DNA of 29,796 nt from a virus (taxonomy: Duplodnaviria; Caudoviricetes), in the IMG/VR virus record IMGVR_UViG_3300030708_001674, positions 1-29,796 of that record; one strand, written 5' to 3'. The position numbers were made by a program, and so were the translations under genes. Below the pieces are notes generated by a model that worked only from the letters and a program-made list of their open reading frames with translations, had not been told where the DNA came from and did no database searches. The first letter of the stretch is position 1, and every line of letters starts with the position of its first letter. Of the stretch, positions 15,618 to 26,700 are shown piece after piece.

Positions 15618-16228
15618 AATTCATCTCTCAACATTTCAATCAAATCAGTGTCAATCCACCCAGTCATGATGGCTTTTTTCGATGTATATGATACTTGACT
15701 TCTGTGAATATAACAGAAATTTGCAGGGAACATCAAAACCTTTCCCTTTTCTGCTTTACATGTATAGTTTTGATGTTTGAACTCTGTACCACCATCAGGC
15801 ACATCATTCAAATATAAAATATACACAAACATGCGATGTATATGTTTACCAGTCGCATCAGAATGCCAAATTTTATAACCATCACCAGGTTCATAAAGTT
15901 GAAACTGTGGTGGTTTCAGACAAAAAAGTTGACCACGAAATTGAAGATCAATATCTTGATAGTATCGTGGAAATATTTCATCATTTAATTCATTTGCAAG
16001 TTTATCCAGACCCAAACATGATGGTCCTTCTGGATACATCTCAGCAAAATCTGGAGGTATAATATCCCAACTAGATTTGACTTCAGATATATCAAAATCT
16101 TTGGGAGCATTTGGTGTGTATGCACTCCCAGGTTGGCCGTATCCTTTTTCTTTTAACTTTTTAGTTGCATCATAAACAATGTCGCAGATCGAGGGATCTT
16201 TGATGAAATATTCACGAATAAAGTGCAT
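15614..16228 (-). CDS. 2OG-Fe(II) oxygenase (prolyl-hydroxylase-like)
   Basis: QLYEPGDGY..WHSD...YILYLNDV..GGTEF...FPA...IHRS...KAIMTGW. Confidence 0.9.
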   Translation of the reverse strand: MHFIREYFIKDPSICDIVYDATKKLKEKGYGQPGSAYTPNAPKDFDISEVKSSWDIIPPDFAEMYPEGPSCLGLDKLANELNDEIFPRYYQDIDLQFRGQLFCLKPPQFQLYEPGDGYKIWHSDATGKHIHRMFVYILYLNDVPDGGTEFKHQNYTCKAEKGKVLMFPANFCYIHRSQVSYTSKKAIMTGWIDTDLIEMLRDEL

Positions 16229-16599
16229 TATGCGTCAACAGCGTCACTAAAATAATCAGTAGTTTTGAGATAAGTGTAAACTTGTTGAGAGATGTCACCA
16301 TCTTCGATGAAACATCTATACTCTTTGGAATTATCTTTACCTAAAGATCCAACAGACTTCATACCATTTGTTCTGGCATCAGCAGAAGCATACACTGAAA
16401 GAGTGATATAGGCAACTCTACCAGCTTTAAAGTTTACAAGTGGTTCGCCTCTCGCAACTCTCTCTTCATCAGTTAATTCCATCCCAGGATATGGGATGTC
16501 ATTTAGTCTTTTTTCGACATGGATATTATCAATGACAAAATAGGCATTGGGCACAGTAACACCTGTGCCCGTAATCTCATAGTCTTTACTCAGTGCCAT
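16228..16599 (-). CDS. hypothetical protein following tail fibre (possible fibre accessory)
   Basis: 123-aa ORF overlapping the fibre stop by 14 nt and TAATG-coupled to the next gene. Confidence 0.7.
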   Translation of the reverse strand: MALSKDYEITGTGVTVPNAYFVIDNIHVEKRLNDIPYPGMELTDEERVARGEPLVNFKAGRVAYITLSVYASADARTNGMKSVGSLGKDNSKEYRCFIEDGDISQQVYTYLKTTDYFSDAVDA

Positions 16600-19500
16600 G
16601 CTGATTCTCCAGTCTGTCGAGTCTATCTCTCAGATTATTTATGATGACGTTTTGTTCCTTTATGGCCTCAACCAAGTGTGCGGTCAGTGAAGGATATGCA
16701 ACGGTGAGATACTTATCACCATGTTCATCTTCATTACCTTCAATAACCAATCTTGGTTCAACCTCTTGCATCTCTTGTGCAATGAAACCAATGTTCTCAC
16801 CCTCACCCATCTTAGGATCATTCCATTCAAAAGATACACCACGCATCTTCAGAACTTTATCAAGAGATCCATCAAGATTATGAATGTTATTCTTCAGTCT
16901 GCGGTCGGAGTTTGCAGTGACTGTACCAGTTACTGTGACACCAGCATTTGATGTTTCAAGCTTAGCAGAGTTGTTAAAGCGAAGTTGAACATAAGAATTC
17001 AATATACCATAAATCATCCACTCATTGTTGACATCATTATAAATGCCATACGCATTACTACCATCGTGCATGAAGACTACACGACCACTGATAGAATATC
17101 CTTCCCAGCCATTGATACCACCGCCATTTGCATTGACAGTTCCATATTGCATACTATTGTCATCTAGGTATCTGTTGCCAGATACATACAGTCCAGCATC
17201 AGCACGAATTTTTTCTGGTGTGTAAGTACCATTACTAAATTCGTCATCTTGGTTAAGTCTCAACCAACCATCATTATAGTCAGCAGAAACAGCCGTTCTG
17301 GAGTTGAACGACATACCTCTGGCGTCAGTTGAGGTGTTGGCGCTGAAGTTCAGAACATCTCTACCACTACCAGTAATTGTTACTGATGATGTATTGTTAG
17401 GTCCTGGTGGGCCAGTGGGACCAGTAGGACCAGTCGGGCCGGTAGGTCCAGCAGAACCAGTGGAACCCGTAGCACCCTTCTGACCTTTCTGACCTTGTGG
17501 ACCCTGAGGGCCGGTTGGACCTGTTGGACCCGTGGGGCCAGTAGGACCAGTAGAACCCTGTGGACCCTGAGCACCCTGTGGACCCTGTGCGCCTTGTGGA
17601 CCCTGTGCGCCAGTTTCGCCCTTTTGACCTTTTGAACCTTGTGGGCCCGTGGGACCAGTAGAACCCTGTGGACCAGTGGCACCCTGTGCGCCTTGTGGAC
17701 CTTGTGCTCCAGTATCACCCTTTTGACCCTTAGAACCTTGAGCACCATCAGCGCCTTGAGAACCTTGTGGACCTTGAGGGCCAGTTGGACCCGTTGGACC
17801 AGTAGGACCAGCTTCACCTTTTTGTCCTTTTGTACCCTGAGCACCCTGTGGACCCTGTGCGCCTTGTGGACCTTGGGCTCCAGTATCACCCTTTTGACCT
17901 TTGGTTCCTCCTAAGGAAGCATTCTCAATGGAGTCCCATCTGACACCACTTGCATCACCGATCAGAACAGAAGTGGCCGCTCCAACATTACCATAAATGT
18001 CTTTCAGGAATGAATCGAGTTCTAATGTTCCACCAACTGTTGTAGCACCACCAACCTGAAGCGCATCAGAGAATGTGGTTCCAACAACCGTTACACCATA
18101 ACCAGTGGTTTCAAACTTTTTAACATCATTATAATATAGTTCTACAGCACCGTTTTCGATGCCCTTGAACATATCTTCACCACCATCAGTTCTTATATTA
18201 ACGAATCCGTTTCCTTGGATAAACATGCCAGTGGTGGCACTGGAGTTAATATAAAAATATTCAGACGTTGCGAAAAGTTGACCTTCTTGTCCCGCAATCG
18301 ATCCAAAATTAAGTTTTTTGTCATATGGGAATAATCCAGTGTTACTAAATGTAGAAACACCAGAGTTGATAAAACTATCAACATTGGCCGTTCCAGTTAC
18401 ATCAACACCGTAGGCAGTGGTTTCAAATTTCTTGGAGTTATCATAATAAAGGTCTACTGAACCATTAGCATTAAATTTAGCAATATCTTCATTATCGCTA
18501 CCATTTCTTATTCTAACCAGATTACTAAGAATTCTTAATGCTCCAGGTCCTTGCTCCGAAATGTAACTTATAGAACCAGTATGATAAATTTTTAAGTCTT
18601 CACTATCACCAATTCTCAGTTCATCATTATCACCAAGATTAACATGACTTTGGAATGTAGAAACTCCAGAGACTTGTAAAGATTCGGTTTGAACACTGGT
18701 AATAATACCAACAGATGATGATGTGATTCCAGTTACATTGAGGTTAGTGAAGTCTGGAAATGATGTGAGTGTAACATCACCACCAGATACATCCAGACCC
18801 GAGCCAATTCTTACAACACCATGAGTTGTTGTTGTGGCCCTGGTGATCTGATTTTCTGTTACAACACCCGTAATTCGACCATAACTATCAAATGTTATGC
18901 CTTGAACAACTGTTGTTGTACCTGTAGATACTGCACTCAGACTTGCACTCGTCGTTGCAAGATCAATAGCATCTGCTGTGACAGCAATACGATTTTGATC
19001 ACCCGATACAACATCAATTTGATTACCAGTCTTTGTAAGACCATCACCAGCTTGTACCTGACCAGGTGCAGTAAACTGCGTATATTCAATCGCAGAAGTA
19101 CCAATCGCAACTGGATCTTTTGTTAATTGAACGAAACCATTACCTTCATTAACTGGGCCTTCCAATACGAAGGCAAATGCACCAGGAACAACTTCATCTG
19201 GTTCATCATAATCAGCAACCCTTTGAATTTCCCAAGATGTTGCACCAGATCCAACTCTAGTAATTGAGTAGATACCATTATGTGCGGTGTTTCCTACACC
19301 ACCCTCACCTTGGTTTTTGACCATGATACGATCTTGAACCACAAGACCAGTTACACTGTCAAATACAGAATCAATACTACCGTTTGAAGTCTGGAACAGT
19401 TTTGCACCTACACCCGAGACACCATTATCATAGGCTACGTTACTTAGTGCAACTGTGGATGCGGCCGATACCGCAGCTTTGATAATAATTCCAGACTGAA

Positions 19501-20887
19501 CTGCATCAACATAGGCTTTGTTAGCCATTTCAAGTGCGTCAACTGGCGCAGCATTTCTACCAACGAATCTCTTCGCAAAGAGATCATAATGAACTTCGGC
19601 AGTGCTACCAACTGAAAGTGGGAACTTGGGAGACGTACTTGCAATTCCAAGTCTGTTATTGGAATCATTATAGAATAAATTACTTGCTCCACCAAGTGAA
19701 CCACCATTGTTGTACTGAATATCACCATCATTACCAGCTGCAAGATCAAGAGCACCAACAGTGACAGTAGCAGCAATTCCACTGGCGGTTGCAACAATAC
19801 CTAAACCTTCAAAGTTGACTGTGGTAACACTACCACCAGTGCCAACTACACTTCCCTCATCTTGGATAGTAATGCCACCAGAGGGAGAGTTTACCCAGTT
19901 TACACCAGATCCAGTTGATTGAAGTACCTGACCAGCAGCACCTAGATCACCATCTCCATCCCTGATGCCAGCATAAAACTGAGTGTTACCAGTGAACGTG
20001 GCCGCACCAGATACAGTAGCACCAGCGCTGACGATAAGTCTTTCAGTGGTTAAGTTTGTAGTAACTCCAGTTACAGCGTAGAGTTCTTGAGTATCAATTA
20101 TATTGGCACGAAGTTCAAGATTACCATCACCACCTGTCAATGTGGTTACGGCAAGAGTAGTAAAGGTAGCACCAGTACCAACCGTATCTGTTGGAGAGAG
20201 TCTGGTTACAGTTGCATCTGTAGAAGTTAAATTTGTAAATGTAGCTGCAGTACCTACTGTATCTGTTGGAGAAAGTCTAGTAACATCTAAATCGGTAAAT
20301 GTAGCTGCAGTACCTACCGTATCTGTTGAAGTGAGTCTGGTAACCTCTAAATCGGTAAATGTTCCGGCCGTTCCTACAGTATCAGTTAAGGTAGCTCTTT
20401 GTATTACAGAACTAGTAAAAGAAGCACCAGTACCAACCGTATCTGTTGGAGTGAGTCTGGTAACATTCAGATCTGTAAATGTAGCTGCAGTACCTACTGT
20501 ATCTGTTGGAGAAAGTCTAGTAACATCTAAATCTGTAGATGAAATTGTTGTAATTGTAGCAGCTGTTCCTACCTGATCTGTGGTGGTTAAGGTAGTAACA
20601 ACACCAGCAACGGCATAAAGGTTAGATCCTGCATCTAGTGTTTCGGCATTTACCGTAGTAATAATACCCGTAGTTGCAGTTATAATTCCAGTCGCATTTA
20701 CTCCCCCAACTGTAGGAGTATCTGTAATAGATCGAGTTCCATCAGTCCCCGTAGTCACTACGGAGTTATCAGCAGAGGCCAAACCTAGATTCGGTTCTGC
20801 ATCTTCTAATCCTAGAAAATCATATCTGTCTTCAGAATTATCACCAGGATTATTAGTTGGTACGCGACCAGAAATAAACTTAGGCAT
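16586..20887 (-). CDS. tail fibre protein with 20-aa Thr-rich repeats, collagen triple-helix domain and C-terminal peptidase S74 autochaperone
   Basis: 1433 aa; NKAYVD and DRIMVKNQ...NGIY fibre motifs; (GXY)57; SDRRLKNNI...GFIAQE...LVEAIKEQ. Confidence 0.9.
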   Translation of the reverse strand: MPKFISGRVPTNNPGDNSEDRYDFLGLEDAEPNLGLASADNSVVTTGTDGTRSITDTPTVGGVNATGIITATTGIITTVNAETLDAGSNLYAVAGVVTTLTTTDQVGTAATITTISSTDLDVTRLSPTDTVGTAATFTDLNVTRLTPTDTVGTGASFTSSVIQRATLTDTVGTAGTFTDLEVTRLTSTDTVGTAATFTDLDVTRLSPTDTVGTAATFTNLTSTDATVTRLSPTDTVGTGATFTTLAVTTLTGGDGNLELRANIIDTQELYAVTGVTTNLTTERLIVSAGATVSGAATFTGNTQFYAGIRDGDGDLGAAGQVLQSTGSGVNWVNSPSGGITIQDEGSVVGTGGSVTTVNFEGLGIVATASGIAATVTVGALDLAAGNDGDIQYNNGGSLGGASNLFYNDSNNRLGIASTSPKFPLSVGSTAEVHYDLFAKRFVGRNAAPVDALEMANKAYVDAVQSGIIIKAAVSAASTVALSNVAYDNGVSGVGAKLFQTSNGSIDSVFDSVTGLVVQDRIMVKNQGEGGVGNTAHNGIYSITRVGSGATSWEIQRVADYDEPDEVVPGAFAFVLEGPVNEGNGFVQLTKDPVAIGTSAIEYTQFTAPGQVQAGDGLTKTGNQIDVVSGDQNRIAVTADAIDLATTSASLSAVSTGTTTVVQGITFDSYGRITGVVTENQITRATTTTHGVVRIGSGLDVSGGDVTLTSFPDFTNLNVTGITSSSVGIITSVQTESLQVSGVSTFQSHVNLGDNDELRIGDSEDLKIYHTGSISYISEQGPGALRILSNLVRIRNGSDNEDIAKFNANGSVDLYYDNSKKFETTAYGVDVTGTANVDSFINSGVSTFSNTGLFPYDKKLNFGSIAGQEGQLFATSEYFYINSSATTGMFIQGNGFVNIRTDGGEDMFKGIENGAVELYYNDVKKFETTGYGVTVVGTTFSDALQVGGATTVGGTLELDSFLKDIYGNVGAATSVLIGDASGVRWDSIENASLGGTKGQKGDTGAQGPQGAQGPQGAQGTKGQKGEAGPTGPTGPTGPQGPQGSQGADGAQGSKGQKGDTGAQGPQGAQGATGPQGSTGPTGPQGSKGQKGETGAQGPQGAQGPQGAQGPQGSTGPTGPTGPTGPTGPQGPQGQKGQKGATGSTGSAGPTGPTGPTGPTGPPGPNNTSSVTITGSGRDVLNFSANTSTDARGMSFNSRTAVSADYNDGWLRLNQDDEFSNGTYTPEKIRADAGLYVSGNRYLDDNSMQYGTVNANGGGINGWEGYSISGRVVFMHDGSNAYGIYNDVNNEWMIYGILNSYVQLRFNNSAKLETSNAGVTVTGTVTANSDRRLKNNIHNLDGSLDKVLKMRGVSFEWNDPKMGEGENIGFIAQEMQEVEPRLVIEGNEDEHGDKYLTVAYPSLTAHLVEAIKEQNVIINNLRDRLDRLENQHGTE
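17396..17908 (-). repeat. Collagen-like domain: 57 uninterrupted Gly-X-Y triplets (9-bp periodic repeat)
   Basis: From GTK (17908) to GPN (17396) = 513 nt; triplets counted by hand. Confidence 0.95.
20160..20580 (-). repeat. ~6-7 tandem 60-bp/20-aa repeats ([20 protein letters not shown]) in fibre N-terminal region
   Basis: 60-nt periodicity visible; 20234-20293 is identical to 20474-20533. Confidence 0.9.
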
Positions 20888-20893
20888 TTTTTA

Positions 20894-21238
20894 TTACTGT
20901 TTGGCGGTTTCCAGGATGTTCAGTGTAAACTCTATGGTGCTATTTTCTGCGGCACTAATTCTAAACTCGTCACCAGTCTCAAGAATTAACTTTCCATCAA
21001 GCATGGAAAGAGTATCATTTTTTGGAATTTTGATTTCATTTGCGATAGAAACCGCATTTAGACCATCAGTGCTTCTGTAATGAGATGCAGTGACAGTAGC
21101 GATACCAGTCGAAACATTCGCAGCATATGCACCCAAGACAATGGAGGCCACGTTTGCTGGAGCAGTGTAAATACCAACTGTTGCGGTAGTTACATTGTGC
21201 CTGATGGCACGGAATACATTTAACGGAGTAATCGCCAT
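20894..21238 (-). CDS. small virion structural/adaptor-like protein
   Basis: 114-aa beta-rich ORF between two fibre genes, gaps of 3 and 6 nt. Confidence 0.75.
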   Translation of the reverse strand: MAITPLNVFRAIRHNVTTATVGIYTAPANVASIVLGAYAANVSTGIATVTASHYRSTDGLNAVSIANEIKIPKNDTLSMLDGKLILETGDEFRISAAENSTIEFTLNILETAKQ

Positions 21239-21241
21239 TTC

Positions 21242-23707
21242 TTAGTCTTCCAGTGCGATGATTAGAGGTGTTACTGTATTTAACAGACTTTGATTAAAGG
21301 CTCTACCCGAAATAGTGCCTGTAACCTGATTAATGTTTACATCATTACCAATTCTGAAGTTACCAGACTGATCGGTAGATGTGTAAACCACAATTCCACC
21401 ATCTCTAGCAACTGTCTCAGCAGACTGAATACCAACACCACCCAGTCTAGGACGAGATCCAGCAACATCACCACCAGATCCAATCCACTCAAAGGAGTGT
21501 GAAGAGGCAAGAACCAAACTTACTTGCGAGAAGTAAGCAGTGCTTCCAACTCCAACTGCATTATTAAGAACCTGATCAAATACAACTGTAGAAATACCAG
21601 TGTATGGATCGGGTTGAGTCGCTTCTTGTACCGTATAGTACAGTGGACGCATACCTGTTGTTACAGATGCTCCTACACTTTCCCCACCACCAGTGATAGT
21701 AACAGTCGGGTTATTGATATATTGAGATCCGTTGTTGGTTACGGTAATCTCTTTGATCTGACCATTTTCAACTGTCGCTTCAGCCGTTGCAGTAGTTCCG
21801 TTTGGTCCCTCAGGAGCAGAAATTGTAACGGTTGGAGTAGCAGTGAATCCATCCCCAGGACTCAAGACATCAATTTTATCAACTTGATTATAAAGTTGAT
21901 CAAGATAAACAACTTGGCCATCATAAGGTCGGTTGGCATACTGTTTTACAACAGCAGCTCGTCTTGAAGTACCACCAGAATCATAAGTGTGTGCGATGGT
22001 AGAGATACCAATATCAATCGTATAAGTTGTACTGGTGATACCAGTTACTTCAAATACGGTGCCATATGCAGAACTACCATCAGGGAAGATTGTAGTTGTA
22101 ACTCCAGCGTGGGGAGAAGAACAAGTAAAACCAACACTGTCAAGTTTTACATGATCACCCACTTTCAAGAAGTGTGGTTTGGTAACAGTAACCGTGGAAA
22201 GACCAGTTGTGTGATCATACACAAAGTTATTAACAGTTCTGATACCAGCTTGAACAAACGTGTGAGGAATGGAAGAGATACCAGCGTGAATATTGAAGGT
22301 TGTTGTAGTTCCAACAGCTCTTACATCAAAAACAAAACCAGATTTTCCAGGTTGAATATTGGGATCAGGGAAAATATCAGTATTGATACCTGTACGGACA
22401 ATGCCAGTTCCTGATGTATATGTGTGAGTGATTCCAGATGCACCTACATTAGCAGTGAATGAAGTATCACTGACTTTTGTACTCACTTTGAACATATATC
22501 CCTGAGTTCCATCAGGGAAAACTGTGGTTGTAATACCACTTCCGCCTGGACATGTAAAAGCAAGTCCAGCTAACTTGAAGTTGTTTCCAGCAATCAATCC
22601 ATGATCAGTAGATGTGGTGACAGTGGCCAATCCACTAGTGGAATCGTAAATAAATCCACTAATAGAATGAGTTGCACCATAACTTACTGGACAGGTAAAT
22701 CCAATACCACTAATAGTTGCACCATAACCAACGGCAAGATTGTGAGCCTCACTTGTAGTTACAGTAGAGTATCCAGTAACAGGATCATAATCAAACCCAA
22801 CAATTTCAAAACCTTTTACATTATCAAGTTTAATTTGAATACGATCACTACTAATACCAGAAGCAGTAGTCGTAACTCCAGTATACTGAACAGGGCTAAT
22901 GTTGTCGGCAACTAATCCAAACTCACCGAAAGATGAGTTGGAGTTTGTAATATCACATTGACCTCCAGTTCCACAGAAAATACTGGTTCCAGAGTTAATG
23001 GTAAAGATAGAAACCAACTGTGCATAGGCCTTATCGGTGATAGAAACACCAATACCATTCAAGTTATACTGAGTGTAAGAGTCAACAACCATGGAGCCGT
23101 TGACACCGTTGTTACCCATTCTCAAACTACCATCAATCCTCATTCCAATACTGTTTGGAATGAAGTTTGTGCAGTTACGAACGTAAGGTGATTGAGTTAC
23201 AACACCAACATTATTTGGGTCAAACGAAATAACAGCACCAGTGCTTGCGGCACCAGTAAAACTGAAATTCGTAATATGTACACCGTTGTTTACATGAAAT
23301 AAATCCTGATTTACGTTCTGAGGCACAATTACCGTTGAACGAAGATCCTCCCCTTGTATTGCTACAAGAGGAGGAACCACTACAGGATTATTTTCTACAT
23401 AAGTTCCTGGTGCTACCTCAATGGTATCACCATCAGTTGCAATTCCTAACGCACCTTTAATTGTTTTATAGGCACGATCGGGTGTCGTTCCGTCATTATT
23501 TGTGTCATCACCAAAGGTAGATACATAAATGTATTTGCCTGATGTAAGAGCAGCACCCGCACGGACGTTCAGGATTCTGCTATTTTCATCTTGCATCCAT
23601 AGAATACCATCATTGGTATTCATCGCAATCTCACCCGTCGGCAGTTGAACTGAGGTCGGGCGTTTTCCGGCTACAGAAGATCTCTTGAAACGGATATTGG
23701 ATGCCAT
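21242..23707 (-). CDS. virion fibre/tailspike-like protein with putative beta-helix and 3 internal repeats
   Basis: N-terminal IRFKRSSVAGKRP...GEIAMNTNDG fibre motif; YVSTFGDDTNNDG...AYKTIKGAL; SPYVRNCT; 3x (G/N)F.YD..(T/S)G..TVT...H.L..G...FTC...FPD repeats. Confidence 0.8.
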   Translation of the reverse strand: MASNIRFKRSSVAGKRPTSVQLPTGEIAMNTNDGILWMQDENSRILNVRAGAALTSGKYIYVSTFGDDTNNDGTTPDRAYKTIKGALGIATDGDTIEVAPGTYVENNPVVVPPLVAIQGEDLRSTVIVPQNVNQDLFHVNNGVHITNFSFTGAASTGAVISFDPNNVGVVTQSPYVRNCTNFIPNSIGMRIDGSLRMGNNGVNGSMVVDSYTQYNLNGIGVSITDKAYAQLVSIFTINSGTSIFCGTGGQCDITNSNSSFGEFGLVADNISPVQYTGVTTTASGISSDRIQIKLDNVKGFEIVGFDYDPVTGYSTVTTSEAHNLAVGYGATISGIGFTCPVSYGATHSISGFIYDSTSGLATVTTSTDHGLIAGNNFKLAGLAFTCPGGSGITTTVFPDGTQGYMFKVSTKVSDTSFTANVGASGITHTYTSGTGIVRTGINTDIFPDPNIQPGKSGFVFDVRAVGTTTTFNIHAGISSIPHTFVQAGIRTVNNFVYDHTTGLSTVTVTKPHFLKVGDHVKLDSVGFTCSSPHAGVTTTIFPDGSSAYGTVFEVTGITSTTYTIDIGISTIAHTYDSGGTSRRAAVVKQYANRPYDGQVVYLDQLYNQVDKIDVLSPGDGFTATPTVTISAPEGPNGTTATAEATVENGQIKEITVTNNGSQYINNPTVTITGGGESVGASVTTGMRPLYYTVQEATQPDPYTGISTVVFDQVLNNAVGVGSTAYFSQVSLVLASSHSFEWIGSGGDVAGSRPRLGGVGIQSAETVARDGGIVVYTSTDQSGNFRIGNDVNINQVTGTISGRAFNQSLLNTVTPLIIALED

Positions 23708-23757
23708 ATGGCCTACGAGTGGTATCTACCTATGGGCCGATATTAATCGGTCTCACT

Positions 23758-26700
23758 CTATTTAGATAACTCGTCAACCTTGTTTTTCAACTCTTCAATT
23801 TGAAGTTGTTGTTCCTTGATGGCTTCAATCAGCAAGGCAGTCATCTTACCATAATCAACACCCTTCATTCCATCATCACGTTCCGAAACGAGTTCTGGAG
23901 CAACTTTCTCAACATCTTGTGCGATCACACCAAGAGAGTGATGTCCACTTTCAATCCAATCAAATTCAACACCACGGAGTTGTTGAACTTTATCAACCGC
24001 ACCAGTAATACCAACAATGTTAGTCTTCAGTCTTTCATCAGAGGAGTTCGTAAAGGATTGTGTTGATGGATTATATGTCAAGGTGCTCGACATTCTGAGA
24101 GTTTCACCTTGAGTGGACAAATTACTATCTACAAATGTAACATAGTAAGTTGCATCAGAAGCAGTAGCAGTAGTATCTACAGTATCAGCTGATGTAGAAT
24201 TACCTGTCAAGTTCGCAGTAATTGTTCCAGCAGAGAAGTTACCAGAAGAATCACGAAGAACAATCGCATTTGCAGTGTTACTATCTGTTGGAGTATCAAG
24301 AGCACCGTTAGGGATGTTAGTTAACAGAGCACCATTACCAGCAAATGCAGTAGCACTTAAAGTGTTATTCGATGCATTGAAAGTTAACTGAGCATCAGTG
24401 GCAGCATCAACCATTGTGCCACTGGTAAGACTTGTAAGTACTAGTCTTTGAGTTCCAGAAGAACCAGAAAGAGTTGCACCAGTATTTTGTAGGTTAGCAC
24501 CATCACCATAGAATGCAGTAGCACTGACAATACCAGCACTAGAATACATCGTAATGGCAGAACCAACTATTAAGTCGCCATTTTGTTCTTTGTTAACTAA
24601 TTCCCACCAGTATCCAGCATGTGCAAAGTATCCTCTACCTTCAGAATGAACGTGAGCAAATGCACCATGATATGTTCCAGGATCTGGAAGCTCACTGGTA
24701 CTACCATATAGGAATGGAATTACGTTGCTGGTCGCAGCACCAACAATTCTACCACTGAATGTTGAGAGGCCAATGAACTCTGCATCATTTTGAACAACAA
24801 GTCTATTGCTAACAGTACCAACACCAATGACTGATTCAGCGAATGTAATAGAAGCAAATGTTGTTGATCCAGAGAATGTACAAACACCAGCACAAACAAA
24901 TGCATCAGCAATAATAGTACCACGAACATCAATACCATCTTGAGCACCAATTCTGTCAGCTCCAGTAGAACCAACACCAACTGTGTTCAGACTCAGTTTG
25001 GTTTCATCATCTTCAGTAGAGATAAGTCCAAATCTCTTCCATCCTTCCTGAGTAAAGACCCATCCAAGATATTGGCCAAAAGATGGATTAGAGTTGAAAG
25101 TAATATCACCAGTTACACCAGCAGTAGTTGGTTTTGTTGGTGAATATGTGACCGTTCTGTTTTCAGTCAGGCCACCATTGATTTCAATTTGAACAGCCTC
25201 AATACCATCTGTACCAGTGGTAGTCAGTTTTTCGGTGATGGTTGTTGGTGCGTTAATCTTGACGGTAGTATTATTATTACCATCAACCGTAATGCCCTCA
25301 CGAACCGTTACACTATCAAAGATTGCGTCAAGTCTAGTTCCAGCACCACCAGCATCCTCACTTGCACCAGTTACAGTTGGAATTGGAATGTTAAATGTTG
25401 CCTCAGTACCATCCTGAGAGTTGATAACTTTGTTACCAATGTAGAAGTCACCAGCGTCATTAACACCAGTGTAAACAACGGCACCACCATCGGTGATTGT
25501 GGACTGACTAAGGAATTGTTCCTCTCTGGAAAGAACACGATCTTGTTTTTGTGGTAGACCCGTAGAATAGTTACCAGGACCGAAACCAAGATATTCAAAC
25601 GTATGACCAGATGCACGAAGAATAGAGTGTCTTCTCTTTTCAACGGCCTGAATACGAATCTTCTTGACCATCGATCCACCGTCATGTGCAGCAGAACGAG
25701 ATCCAAGTTGACCTCTCAGAACTGTAGCAGCATTGGCAGAGAAATCAGAGGAGACACGAATAATTTCACTGTCGATCTGAATATAATCACCCTTTTGGAA
25801 TCCAGAACTGTCACCCAAAGTAAGAGTAGTTCCAGTAGAAGTCAGATTTGCAGCAGACATTGAGGTCTGAATACCAGTTCTGAGAGAAACATGTCTTTGA
25901 CCGATTCTTTCATTACCAGACTCAGTTATACCACCACGAGCACCATAGTTGATAGGCAGAACCGAACCACCCGCAGTATATGTTGCAGCGGCAAATGTGT
26001 CCGTAAATTCAAAAGTGAAGGTATTAACACCAACTCTTTCTTTAACAATACTCTCAGTATTATAAATTGTTTGTGCAACACCAACAATCTTGAATGGGTT
26101 GTTGACATTCAAACCATGAGGACCAGCGGTGGTAACTGTGACAACACCAACAGCTGGGCCACCATAAACAATGTTAGTAATGTCTGGCACAGGACCAGCA
26201 TACATTACGAAGCCGGTTTGCATACCAACTGTATTCACATCATAATAACCAGGCCAGAAACCATTGTTATACTCAATTTCTTTTGGTCTGATTGCAGTTA
26301 CGGTATGAATACCGTTGTATCCACTTCTATAACGAGCAAGAGACGTACCAACACCAACAATTTGAATTGCATCACCAATATTGTTAGATGTCTTATTGAC
26401 CGTTACCCAACCACGAATGTGACTTGCAGAAGTTTCTACACCAACAATTTCAAGTGTGTGACCAACACCGTATGCAGAACCACCATCAACAATAGTTACT
26501 CCAGTGATTCCACCAACAGCGTCAATAGAAACATTTGCGGTAGCACCCTTTCCAGTTTCAATTCCAGCATATGCTAATGTTGCATTATAAAGAGTGGTTG
26601 AAATGCCAGCACCATAATTGATACCACTAGATCCAATACCAACAGAAATAATCTGATTGAAATTGTGTTCACGATCAGTATAGATCGTCGTAATACCTTG

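Noticed and set aside
14512-16228. Calling the three oxygenases collagen prolyl 4-hydroxylases
   Set aside because: The collagen has only one Y-position Pro, and motifs support only superfamily-level assignment.
17380-17914. Alternative-frame ORFs over the collagen tract ([10 protein letters not shown] repeats)
   Set aside because: By-products of the 9-bp periodic Gly-X-Y coding sequence.
16586-24060. Diversity-generating retroelement acting on the two fibre C-termini
   Set aside because: No reverse transcriptase and no near-identical template/variable repeat pair seen; similarity is explained by two divergent S74 domains.
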